Assembly (NCBI GenBank): GCA_024137785.1
Contig: JAHRHZ010000012.1
Coordinates: forward strand, 68,234,101 to 68,298,100
DNA: 64,000 bases
Source of the DNA: Ginglymostoma cirratum
Taxonomy: Eukaryota
Reading direction: 5' to 3'
Part shown: piece after piece, positions 49,360-61,656 of the stretch
How positions within the stretch are numbered: position 1 is the first letter of the stretch
Layout: each line of letters starts with the position of its first letter
Translations under genes and position numbers: made by a program
The notes under the pieces: model-generated
The model's database searches: none
What the model was told of the DNA's origin: nothing
What the model saw: the letters and a program-made list of their open reading frames with translations, nothing else

Positions 49360-50410
49360 AAAGAAGTATTCAAACATGTGGAAGCTGTAAACTGGATATT
49401 TTCCACTGGAGTTTAGATAAGTGAAGGGGGTGACTTGATTGAAATATGTAAGATCCTGAATGACCTGGACAAAGTCATGGTTCCTCTTGTGGGTAAGTCC
49501 AGAATTAGAGGCTGCCCTTTTAAGACAGAGAAGAAGAGATTTTTCCTCTTTCAGTGGGTTGCATGAACTTGTATCTCATGGCTCCTAAATTCAAAAATAA
49601 GTCAATGCAGGTAAGAGTGAATTGGCTTATTCTAAGCAATGTAACATTCTATTATTTTGAGGCGGGTGCAAGAGCAGAAGGACTTGGTTGGGGCGAGGAA
49701 TGAAGAGTGGAGTGGGTGTGGGTGTGAGTGCAAGTTTACAAATTTTTGATGTTGACAGTTCAAGTTTATATGGCTATTCAGAAGCTTTGTAACATGGGTC
49801 ATTGTATTCAAAAGCAATGGTTAAGCCTCTGATGGAGTATTATATGCACATCTGGACTTCGCACTTCAGGATGCATGTCGAGGATATAGAGGAGGTTTAC
49901 CAGGATGATTAAAGTTATGTGGAGAGTTTGGAGTAGTTGGAATTGTTCTCCTTTAAAATTGGCCAACATCAACAGGGTAAAATGGACTTGAAAAGAATCA
50001 GCAGCTATGTATATGCAGTGCCAGTTTTACTTTCTATTAAATTGGAAAATGTTGGTAAGGTTTTAATTTCAAGTTAAGCCGAGTAAAATTAATAATAGCA
50101 TGAGAACTCAAGCATCCAAAAAACGTTAGCAGTATCATTCTATCAACTTCAATGAATAGAAAATTGCGTACAGTAAAAAATCGGCTAGAGATTTGCAATG
50201 AGATCAAATTGTGTCACTGGGACAGACCAAATTCATCTCTACTCTACTTCTCCACCCCACACCCAAGGATAGGTTATATACTGAAGCAAAGTTTTGTTTA
50301 TAATTGTGTTAAGGAATGTGTTATATTATTGAAATGAGTATGTTTTAACATATAAAACTACATCTGCTACTTTTTAATTTGTTGTTGTGGACATTAGGTG
50401 ATAAAATATA

Positions 50411-50539
50411 AAAACCGAAAGAACTGCAGATGCTGTAAATCAGGAGCAAAAACAAAGTTGCTGGAAAAGCAGGTCTGGCAGCATCTGTGAAGAAAAAATC
50501 AGAGTTAACATTTCGGGTCCTGTGACCCTTCCTCAGAAG
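50411..50539 (-). mobile_element. Penelope-like family B mini element starting at the hammerhead core
   Basis: Reverse strand ctt CTGAGGA A GGGTC ACAG GACCC GAAA TGTT aact. 17-bp TSD ttaggtgataaaa(t/c)ata at 50394-50410 and 50540-50556. Confidence 0.92.
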
Positions 50540-51464
50540 TTAGGTGATAAAACATACAGTGTTCAGAATAATAGAAAGCAATTCTGTGCTTTGATTATCT
50601 CTGTTTAAGTCCTACCAAATTACACAAAAGCAATCGTTTTCTTGGTTCACACTAAATGCTTTTAGTTATATTCTGATTTTGATAACATTTAAATCTTTGT
50701 AAAATTGTAATCTGCAGATCCATCTACAGCCTAATGAGATGGTGAACATTCACTAATTTTGAAACCCCTAACCTGAATGAAGATTCATTAACAGTCATAA
50801 AAATTCATGACAATTTTTCATCAGCTGACTTTGCTGAATGTGCCAACAAAAGAGATCATCTGCAAATTTCTCAATTTAGAGCTCGTAACTTAAGGCTCAG
50901 TCAAGCTTTGTTTAGTCACTATGAAATATTAGAATTGAGCAAACATCTCTTTTTCTAGGTAATTTCTGTGAACTGTTCTCCATTGTTAATTGTTTCAGTT
51001 TTTCAGCTATCAGTTTAGCTCTTGCCAGTGTTGTGTTTAGTTGCATTAACTATGTTAAATTTCCATTTGCCCAACAAGATAATACTGTCTTACTGCTGAA
51101 GACCTGGCACCTGTATTGTACGCGCGTTTATGGCATCCTAGTACCAAGAAGTTCATACAAAACTGGCAGTGCAGTTTGGCATTAAAGGAAACAATTTTCA
51201 AAGTAGGACATGATTCATTCTATTTCCAACCTGCTGCGGTGTAACTACAAAAAGTCTCTTTAACAACATTTTTATTTCATACTTACTGAAATCCAAATCA
51301 AAATTCCATGAAGCCTTTCATGTTCTATAAATCAATTTTTAAAAAATGCAACTTGCATTGGAGAAGGAAGCTGGGCATAATGCTGAGCAATGTTATTGGA
51401 AAGCTGTTCCCAGAGGTAGGGAATTTGCAAGATGACCTGGTTTCCACAAATTACAAACACGCTC

Positions 51465-51940
51465 TCAGAATTGCAGAATTATTTTAGCACAGAAGGAGGT
51501 CATTTGGTCCTTTGTATCTGCACTGGTTGTCCAAATGAATATTTCACTTATTGTCATTCTTCTGCCTTCTACCTGTAATCCTGCACTCTTTCCTTTGCAA
51601 ATAGCAGTCTAATTCCTTTTTGAATGCATTAATTGAACCTGCCTCTATCGCGGTCTCAGGCAGTGCAGTCCAGAGCCTAACAAATTACTGTGTGTAAAAA
51701 AGCTTTCTCTCATATTGTTTTTGCTTATTTTGCCAATTACTTTAAAACTGTGCCCCTGGTTCTTGTTCCTTTAATGAGCAGTTTAGGGAACAGTTCCTCC
51801 TATCCATTGTATCTAATATTGGACCCCTCATGATTTTGAATACTTTTATCAGATCTCCTCTCAGCCTACTCCAATGTAAACAGTACTAACTGCAACAATC
51901 TATCTTCAGAATTGAAGTTCCTCATTTGTGGAACTGTCAT
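51465..51940 (-). mobile_element. CR1 3' fragment
   Basis: Tail 'cagaattgcagaattattttagcacagaaggagg'; CR1 C-terminal remnants on the reverse strand. Confidence 0.75.
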
Positions 51941-51999
51941 AATGTTGCGGCTAGACTGAATCTTCAGATCATCAATGTTGGCAACAAGTCATATGAGTA

Positions 52000-53640
52000 T
52001 ACAAACATCTGAGTTAGGGGCAGGAGTAGGCAATTCAACTTCTAGATCATGCTCTGCCATTTAATAAAATCATGGCCGATCTGATTGTAACCTCAAATCC
52101 ACGTTCCTGCCTACCCTGATAACCTTTCATTCCCTTGTTTAATAAGAGGCTGCCCAACTCAGCCTTAGCAATATTCAAGGATATTACCTCCTTCACCTTT
52201 GCAGGGAGAGAGTTCCAAAAAATCATGAGCCTCAGAGATAAAATTTCACCTCATCTCTGTTTTAAATGTTTGCCTCCTGAGTTTTGAACAGTGAGCCCCC
52301 TAGTACCAGATTCTCCCACAAGAGGAAACATCCTCTCCATATCCAGGCTGTCAAGACCCCTCAGGGTCTTCTACATTTCAATCAACTCACTACTTACTTT
52401 TCTAAACCTCAGTGGATACAACCCTATCCTTTCCTCAGATGATAACCTGCCCTTACCAGCTAATAGTCTGGTAAATCTTCTCAGAACTGATTCCAGCACA
52501 TTGACATCCTTTCCAAAAAAAAGGTAATCAATGTTGTCCAGGTACTTCAGATGCAGTCTAATCAGCACTCTATGTAAAAGAAGCATAAACTTCACTTTTG
52601 TATTGAATTCTTCTTGTGGGAAACAAAAACATTCTATTAGATTTACTAATTTCTTGCTATTCCTGCATACTAACCTTTTATGATTCATGCACAAGGACAC
52701 CCAGATCCCTCTGTACCTGAGAACTCTGCAAGCTCTTGCCAATTAGAAAATGTGCCTTTGTTTTAATTCTCCTGGTCAAAATGGACAATTTCCTATCTTG
52801 CCACATCATTGCCTTCTCACTTAACCTATCAATATCTTTTCGTAACCTTCTTGAGTCACTCCACAACTTAACTCCCTATCTATATTTGTGTCATCAGCAA
52901 ATCTGGTAACCATACCTTCTGTCACTTTATCTAAGTCACTTATACAATTTGTAAATAGTTAAGATCTCAGCATTGACTCCTGTGGCACTCGTTGTATCTT
53001 GTTAATCTGAAAAAGACCCATTTATGCCTATTCTTTGCTTCCAGTTTGTCAGACAATATTCTATCTGAAATAACTCCATAGAGGCTGGTAAGCTGTCATC
53101 AAGTCACCCTTTATTTACATGTGAGAAATCCTTGACACAAACCCAGCTTTCTCAGAGCAAACAGAACCTCTGATACCACTGTTTATATCTGTCAATGAGG
53201 GCTCTCTGATTGGACCAGGTTAACAGCCCCAATCAGGGAAGTCATATTCTATGAGGTTCACCTGACTGATCTGTTACAATCACTGCACTATCCACATCAG
53301 GACTCCACAGCTCTACACCATGACCTTTTATTTTCCACAATAACCTTTGATGTGTCACCGTCTCAAATCTAAGTAGAGTAGGTTGACTGGTTCCCCTTTA
53401 TCGATAACACAATTACTTCCCTCAAAGAACTCCAATAAGTTAGTAAAATATAATTTCCCTTTCACAAAATCATGTTGACTCTGTCTGATTATCTTTATCA
53501 AATCTAGTGACGTGCTTTAATAGTAGTTTCTAACATTTTCCTCATGACAAATACTAAGCTATCTGACCTGCATTTTCCTGCTTTTTGTCTCCCCACCTTT
53601 ATAAATAAAGGAGTTACATTCATTATCTTCCAATCTCCTC
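52000..53640 (-). mobile_element. CR1 RT-to-3' copy interrupted by a solo LTR
   Basis: ORF 52371-52742(-) KDVNVLESVLRRFTRL..IGLYPLRFR; FADD at about 52890-52902 (reverse strand). Confidence 0.9.
53066..53287 (-). mobile_element. Solo LTR, 222 bp
   Basis: TG...CA termini, perfect 5-bp TSD CTATC (53061-53065, 53288-53292), AATAAA on the minus strand near 53110. Confidence 0.8.
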
Positions 53641-54254
53641 AAAACTCTGGGCAATCCAAGGTGGAGGATGGGGAAAATTTGTGGCTGTAAGAGCTGCTCC
53701 TTTTTTGAGGTATTTTCAGTATTGGAGCTGATTTCCTCAAATTCTAGGAGCAGTGATTACTGTTTTATATGCTGTTGTATCGTTTTGGAACTTTGGGGAA
53801 AAATGGTATCAAAACAACAGCACTTTAAAAAAGGAGGAACGGAGACAAAGGGCAGCGACCACATGGTGGAAAGTGGATCAATGGAGAAAGAAACCTATAC
53901 AGCTGTCTGACCCAGCAGTGAACCTTCACAGCTACTGCCTCTGCTGTTTGATTTCAAGTACCTCTGGACATCAGAGTTAGTCTAAGAAAAATAAACAAAC
54001 AGCAAATTTTGCAGCAGACCTTGGAGAAACCTGTGTGGGGATATCACAGCAGAGGAGCAGCAAAGTGACTAGTTTTTAAAAAATCTACAAGAGTGAGTAG
54101 AGTGTCTTCCTTTTGATTATATGTTTTTATTCAGATCTGTATCTTTATTAAACTTTAAAAATATAAAACATAGATACTAAGTTAGCTGGAGCAGTGTTTT
54201 TAGAGCAGTAATACTGGGCTATTTTCTGGGTCTGTAGATTGTTAAGGTGCAAAG

Positions 54255-55190
54255 ATGGCCTTTAGTAGAGTGATAAGCTCTTCCTGTTGGATGTGGAAGA
54301 TTACAGAGAGTTTCCATGTTACTGACGATTATGACTGCAGGGAGTGTGCTTGGTTGTGAATCCTATTGGATCGCATGGATTGGTCAGAGCAGACAGAGAC
54401 AATGAGGAATTTACACGAGCTAGGGGATGTGATGGATGGCAGTTGCAGGAAGGGAGAAAAAAATGCAGATACAGTCAGGTAGATGGCTTACCGCCAGGAA
54501 AGGTAGGTGAGGGAAGCAGGTATTGCGGGAGTGTCCTGCGGCTATCCCCATCTGAAAAAAGTACACTGTTTTGGAAAATGTAGTATGTGATGGACTCTCA
54601 GGGGAAAGCAGCATTGACAGCCAGGTTTCTGGTACTGAGTCCAGTTTTATTGTAACTGGGGGGTACGCCAGGTGCCAAGCAGTCGATTATGACAAGGAAA
54701 TCTCTACTGAGAGGCACAGACAGACGTTTCTGCAGCTGACAACGAGATATCAGAATGATGTGTTGCCTCCCTGGTGCCAGGATCAAGGATATCTCGGAGA
54801 CGGTGCAGAATACTCTCAAAGGGGAGAGGGACCAGCTGGAGGCTGTTGTACACATTGGAACTAATGACATAGGAAGAGAAAAGGAAGAGGTTCTGAGAAG
54901 AGAATTTAGGAAGTCAGGTAAGAATTTAAAAAGGAGGTTCTCAAGGGTAGTAATATCTGGATTACTCCCTGTGCCACAAGCCACTGAATGTAGGAATAGA
55001 AGGATATAGCAGATGAATGTGTGGCTGAGGAACTGGTGCAGGGGAGAAGGATTTACTATTTTGAATCATTGGAATCTTTTCTGGGGTAGAAGTGACCTGT
55101 ATAAGAAGGACGGATTGCACCTGAATTGGAAGTGGAGTAATATATTGGCAGGGAGATTTGCTAGAGCGCTAAGGGAGAATTTAAACTAAT
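54255..55190 (+). pseudogene. CR1 ORF1 (Cys-rich zinc finger plus SGNH-esterase-like domain), disrupted
   Basis: ATG 54255 MAFSRVISSSCWMW..CREC; CCLPGARIKDI..VVHIGTNDIG..VVISGLLPVP; LYKKDGLHLN. Confidence 0.88.
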
Positions 55191-55239
55191 AAGGGGGATG
55201 GGTGGTGGGATCAAAGGAAATAGTGAGGAAAGAGACCAA

Positions 55240-57960
55240 TGCAAGAAGCCCCTAACAGGTAATGCAGATGAACTCAGGGCATGGTTGGGAACATGGGACT
55301 GGGATATCATAACGATTACAGAGATGAGGCCCAGGGATGGACAGAGCTGGCAGCTTAATATTCCAGGGTACAAATGCTATAGGAAAGATAGAAAGGGGAA
55401 CAAGAGAAGAGGGGGAGTGGCATTTTTGATTAAAGATAACGTTACTGCTGTCCCTAGGGAGGATATTTCTGGCAACACGTCCAGGGAAGTTATTTTGGTG
55501 GAACTGAGAATTAAGAAAGGCATGACCACCTTATTGTGATTGTACTATAGATCCGCCAAAGACAGTGGGAAATTGAGAAACAAATTTTTAAGGAGGTCTC
55601 AGTTATCTGTGAGATTAGTAGGGTGGTTATAGTTGGGGATTTTATTTTCCAATCATACTCTGGGGCTGCCATAGTGTTAAGGGCTTGGATGGACAGGAAT
55701 TTGTCAAATATACAAGAAAATTTTCTGATTCAGTATGTGGATGTACCCACTAGAGAAGGAGCAAAACTTGACCTACTCTTGGGAAATAAGGCAGGTCTGA
55801 GGTATCAACTGAGGTATCAGTGGGAGAACACTTTGGGGTCAGTACCATAATTCTATTTGTTTTAAAACAGTGATGTAAAAGGATAGATCTGATCTAAAAG
55901 TTAAAGTTCTAAATTGGAGGAAAACCAATTTTGACAATATTAGGCAAGAACTTTCAAAAGTTGATGGGTGGCGGATATTCACAGGTAAAAGGACAACTGG
56001 AAAATGGGAAGCCTTCAAAAATGAGTTGACGAGAGTCCAGAGACAGTACGTTCCAGTAAGGGTGAAGGGCAAGGCTGTTGGGTGTAGGGAATGTTGGATG
56101 ACTAGAGAAATTAAGGTTCTGGTCAAGAAAAAGAAGGAAGCATATGTTAAGTATAGACAGCAGGGATCGAATGAATCCCTAGAAGATTATACAGGCAGTA
56201 GGAGTATAGTTAAGAGGGAAATAAGGAGGGCAAAAAGGGGACATAAAATAGCTTTGGAAAATAGGGTTAAGGAGAATCCAGAGGGATTTTGCAAATACAT
56301 TAGGACTTAAGGGTAACTAGGGACAGAATAGGGCCCCTTAAGGATCTGCAAGGCCACCTTTGTGTGGAACCACAGGAAATGAGTGAAAGACTAAATGAGT
56401 ATTTTGCATCAGTGTTGGTTTGTTGCGGAGATGGATATGAAAGCTAGAGGGCATGGGGAAATAAATAACGACATCTTGAAAAATGTCCATATTGCAGAGG
56501 AGGAGGTGCTGGACGTCTTAAAATGCATAAAGGTGATTAAATTCCCAGGATCTGATCAGATGTACCCTAGAACTCTGTGGGAAGTGAGGGAAGAGATCGC
56601 TGGGCCCATAGCTGAGGTATTTATATCAATAATAGCCATAGGTGAGGTCCTGGAAGACTGGAGTTTGGCTAACATTGTGTCACTATTAAAGAAAGGTGGT
56701 AGGGAAAAGCCAGGGAACTATAGACTAGTGACCCCGACATTGGTGGTGGGCAAGTTGTTGGAGGGAAACCTGAGGGACAGGATTTATATGTATTTGGAAA
56801 GGCAAGGACTGATTAGGGATAGTCAGCATAGCTTTGTGCATGGGAAATCGTGTCTGACTAACTTGATTGAGTTTTTTGAAGAAGTAATGAAGAGGATTGA
56901 TGAGGGCAGCGTGATGGATGTGATCTATATGGACTTCAGTAAGGCGTTCAACAAGGTTCCTCATAGTAGACTGGTTAGCAAGGTTCGATCACATGGAATA
57001 CAGGGAGAACTAACTATTTGGATATAGAACTAGCTCAAAGGTAGAAGAAGGAGGGTGATAGTTCGGCATTGCTTTTCAGACCAGAGGCCTGTGACTAGTG
57101 ATACGCCACAAGGATTGGTTCTGGGTCCAGTGCTTTTCGTTATTTATATAAATGATTTGGATATGAAAGTAGAAGATATGGTTAGTAAGTTTGCAGATGA
57201 TGCTAAAGTGGGTTGTGTAGTGGACAGCAAAGAGGGGTACCTTAGAGTACAACAGGATCTTGATCAGATGGGCCGATGGGCCGAGGTGTGGCAGGTTGAG
57301 TTTAATTTAGATAAATATGAGACACAGCATCTTGGAAAGGCAAATTGGGGCAAGACTTATACACTTAATGGTAAGTTCCTGGGGAGTGTTGATGAACAAA
57401 GAGACCTTGGAGTTTAGGTTCAGTGTTCCTTGAAAGTGGAGTCGCAGGTAGATAGGATAGCGAAGAAGGTGTTTGCATGCCTTTATTGGTCAGTGTGTTG
57501 AGTATAAGAGTTGAGCGTTCATGTTGTGGTTGTACAGGACATTGGTTCGGCCACTTTTGGAGTATTGTACACAATTCTGGTCTCCCTGCTATAGGAACGA
57601 CTTTGTGAAACTCTCAAAGGTTCAGAAAAGATTTACGAGGATGTTGCCAGGGTTGGAGGGTTTGAGCTTTAGGGAGATGCTGAAATGGCTGAGACTATTT
57701 TCCCTGGAGCATTGTAGGCTGAGGGGTGACCTTATAGAGCTTTATAAAATCGTGAGGGGCATGCATAGGGCAAATAGACAAGTTCTTTTCTCAGTCGAGA
57801 GGAAGTCAAAAACTAGAGTGCATAAGTTTAAGGTGACAGGAAAAAGATAAAATAGGGACCTAATGGAAAACTTTTTCATGCAGAAGATGGTGCATGCACG
57901 GACTGAGCTGCCAGAGGAAGTAGCAGAGGCTGGTACAATTACAACATTTAAGGATATCTG
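55240..57960 (+). pseudogene. CR1 ORF2 (APE endonuclease plus reverse transcriptase), disrupted
   Basis: WDIITITE, RGGGVAF, VGDF, PTREGAKLDL, PGNYR, KSCLTNLIEFFE, YMDFSKAFNKVPH, PQGLVLGP, SKFADD, RPLLEYC. Confidence 0.95.
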
Positions 57961-59449
57961 GTTGGCATGGAAAATTTGGGCTGAAGGTTCTGTTTCCATG
58001 CTGTACATCTCTGTGACTCTACATCTGACTAACTGCGCATGGAACACTTACTCTATAAACTCTACTCACCTGAGTCATTCATCATTTTTTAAACCAACTG
58101 AATTGAATGGTGCAACCAATTTTCCATACCTGCCCAGAACATTTTGAAGGGCAGACGTAATTTATTTGGCTAGGGAGTTAACAATTCAGTTCCCTGATGT
58201 TGGGTTAAAGTGTTGTTAAAAATTTTCTTTTAGGATGTGTGATTGGGAACTTGTTTTGCGGTCATTAATATGCCTTGAATACTCATTAATGTCCCAGCCA
58301 GCCTGAATTACATTCGCGGGCATGATATTGTTAGCCAAAAATGGGAAACACATGTGTTCATAAATCTGACTAAATATAGTTGAGGCCTGGTGGGACTAAC
58401 TTCTTTCTCCAAGCTTCCCTGTGTACAAACTACTTCAGTTCCTTGTCTCCTTTATGACCAAGGTGGTTTTTTTGCGTAGTTACTTATAGTGTTAGGATGA
58501 AGTCTTTTCATAGTGATCAGTTCATGAGCAGTTTTGTTCACATGCAGTATGGCCTGTTGTTGCTAAAACTTACAGAGTTAAGGGTTAAAGCCTGACAGGG
58601 CCGACAAGCTTTACCTAATGACACAGCCACAATGACTGATGTCAGCATGCCTGTCTGGTCCAGGAGGCAGGCCTCAACTTAAAAGGAAACTCAACTCAAA
58701 AGGCCATGATTGTGCCCTAATCCCATGCAGACCTTTAGTGAAAATTAGTAAGGAATATGTATGTTCTCCTATGTGTAATGAGAAGTCAATGAGCTGATGG
58801 TGTATGAACTGCTGGGTATTTTCACTCTTTTTATATTTAAGTGTGAATCTTGACAGATGTGAGAGAGCCAGGTTCTATTGAGCTATCCATAGATGCGGAC
58901 ATCTGCAGTCACCTCTGAATCCATAGAGAAAGGAATTCCCACCTTTTCCTGGGCACCCTTCAGGAGAACCTCTCAGGGTCTGTTGGTGGCATTGCCTTTT
59001 GCCTAGTCTCTGACATCTCCAGGGGTCGGTGCTGTGATGAAGGGATATGGAGTGATGCTTCTGGTTTGCAGAACATGAACTGCTGTCCACACACCTTTTT
59101 AAATATAGATCCCGGATATCAGAGGCTTGAATGTCCCCACAGGCTTCAATATTCCTGCGCATAAATCTTGGAGTTTTATCCCCGACATGCATGTAAAATG
59201 AGCTGGGAAGAGCATAAGTATGTGGGAATACTTAAACCCCAATGCACATCCCAGAGCAGAAGTCCCTCCTGCTTTTATGCCCATCTATAGACATGGACGT
59301 AAATTCTTCAGCATCGTTATGAGGTGGGCAGTAGTGCAAAATTTGGGAAAATGTGGTGAGAATGAAAAAATAGTCAGATGCTTGGCATCAAGAAATGAAA
59401 GCCCGATTTTTCCCTGAAGGATTCAGCAACCAGATGAAAATCTCGCAAA

Positions 59450-60600
59450 TAGGTGGCAGCCTTCTCTTTGTTAGATGACCTCACCTTATTTCTGTGCAGT
59501 TTGCAGTTCCCTCCTGCACTGGTGAGAAACTAGATGGTTTCCAACAGAGAAGTCAGAATGATTACCTTGTGGATTCAGCTCCCTGCTTGCTCCTTCAAGC
59601 CTTCAATTTAATATCATTTCAGCAACATGTGGTGAATGTGTGCTGTATGCATAGCATCCTCCCCCACCATTTATCCACTGAAATCAGCATCAGCAGGTCA
59701 CCAGCCTTACTACATTATTTTGGCTGATCTTGGATCACACAGAATCCACATTAGTCCTTCAGCTTTTCACTTTGGAGCTCAGGGAAACCTTTCATTTACA
59801 TGTTTCTGACAAGTTGCTTTGTGCACAGTGACATATGACCATTTCATGCATTTTCACAGGATGCATCTTATGGCTCTTACTTCATTTCTTAGTTCTTTCC
59901 TTTGTGCCTACATGGAGGCTGCCATACTTGGGCTGCATGCTGGCTCAGTGGTTGGCACTGACATCTCACATCACCAGGGACCTGGGTGCAATTCCACCCT
60001 CAGGTGGTTATCTACGTGGGGTTTGCACATTCTCCCCGTGTCTGCATAGGTTTGCTCCTATAACCCAAAGATGCGCAGGTTAAGTGAATTGGCCATGCTA
60101 AATTGTCCATTGTGTACAGGCTGGGTGGATTAGCTATGGGAAATGCAGGGTTACAGAGATGGGAGGGATGCTGTTTGGAGGGTCAGTGTGGACTTGATAG
60201 GCCAAATAGCCTGCTTCCACATTGTAGGGATTCTATGATCCTCTGTAGATTGCTTAGTTTATAGGCAGAGAGCAGGAAGGGTTATGGACAATGAAGTGGA
60301 TGCGAACCATTGAGTGGAAATGCCGTGTGCAATTGTAAAGTTGGCAATCTGTGGGCACTCATGAGGTTTGCATACAGTGGCAGAGTCAAATGCATGTGAG
60401 GCATCAGAAAAAAGATAGCGGCACTTTCACTTGTAGAGCATTGAAGAGCATTGGCCTTTTCCCTGAACTGCTGTGCATTCCATCTGACCCAGGAGACTAC
60501 ACCAACCTGGACTGTTACCTGTATACAGACAGGCTGTGTCTGGTGCCTTAGCCTCCACTGGTGGTCTGCCTGGTGATGGAGTCCCTCCTTTTGATCATGC
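59450..60600 (-). mobile_element. Possible very old Harbinger transposase remnant split by a V-SINE
   Basis: Only faint, colinear motif echoes on the reverse strand (VYR; VKV..SFF; VN.KGF-like; LMW..DPRSA). Confidence 0.35.
59930..60240 (+). mobile_element. HE1-type V-SINE
   Basis: A box tggctcagtggtt, V-domain, tail gattctatgat. Confidence 0.88.
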
Positions 60601-61184
60601 TGTCTACCAACATCTCCAGGTTTTTATCTGGAAAATGGGGTACCTGCTTTCCTTTCTGGGACCTTTTGGTTTCCTAAGAGGTCATTGTACGAGGTAGTTC
60701 CTAGCTTCCAGCTTCTGGGCCGATGCGCATCTGGATTCAACTACTGTGCCATGGCTCATATCCATGAAGATCCTAGTAGTGGTGGAAATTCTACCTCTCC
60801 AGCCACGTGGGATGGCTACCAAAGAGGTTGGTAGTAAAATTAATGAGGTAAGGAACATAAAATAGCTGTGAGCCATAATGAGACACCCTCCATGACACTC
60901 TCTGAAAATAACTATTTAATCTAAAAAGTGGGAAAATCTAGCCTTTGGTCTCAATAAAAGAAAGTTCCATCTTGAAGGATGAACCTACGATATTTTGGGC
61001 AAGTATCAATTTCATCAAGTTTCATAAAAGGCTTCTCTCTGTGAAAGCCTAATGTGATTTCTTGCTGTACCATCCCAAAATCATCTTATTGATTACCTGC
61101 CACTGTCCTATTACATCCATCTAGTTTGATGCTATCCCAATTCTACCATCTCAGAATAGCCTGAAGACCTCTCCGCTTACCAGG

Positions 61185-61537
61185 TTTTTTCTATTGACTC
61201 ACTGGATGTATGTGTCTCTGGCTAGGCCAGCATTTATTGCCTATCCTAGTTGCCCAGTGTACAGTTAAGAGTCAATCATATTGCTGTAGTCTGGGGTCAT
61301 ATGTAGGCCAGACTAGGTAAGAATAGCAGGTTCCTTACCTAAACATAATTAGTGAACCAGATGGGGTTTTCTGACAATCGACAATGGATCATGGCCATCC
61401 TTAGTCCCTTAATTCCAGATATTTATTGAATTAAGATTCCACTATCTGCCATGGTGGGATTTGAGCCTGGTTCCTCAGGATATTTGCTGAGTTTCTGGAT
61501 TAATAGTCCTGTGATAATTCCACTAAGCTATTGACTC
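61185..61537 (-). mobile_element. tRNA-derived SINE, same family as 37890-38251
   Basis: Reverse-complement match including 'ccatctggttcactaat', 'gtctggcctacat' and the tail 'ggcaataaatgctggcctagccag'. Confidence 0.85.
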
Positions 61538-61656
61538 GTACCCTGGTATAGACTGGCACCTGTGGTACCTGTGCTATCTTTAATTGCCATGGCACATCTA
61601 AATGAGTCCTGGCATTCCAAAGCTGTAGGGTTTATCACTTTCTTCTGAGTCATAGC

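Larger units (their letters stand above)
53650..58021 (+). mobile_element. Near-full-length CR1 LINE (5' UTR, ORF1, ORF2, 3' tail), inactivated
   Basis: Colinear ORF1 and ORF2 motifs (see next two features); tail ctctgtgactcta. The 5' boundary is an estimate. Confidence 0.93.

Noticed and set aside
48719-49406. Long ORFs of 213 and 167 aa
   Set aside because: Artefacts of reading through the N gap.
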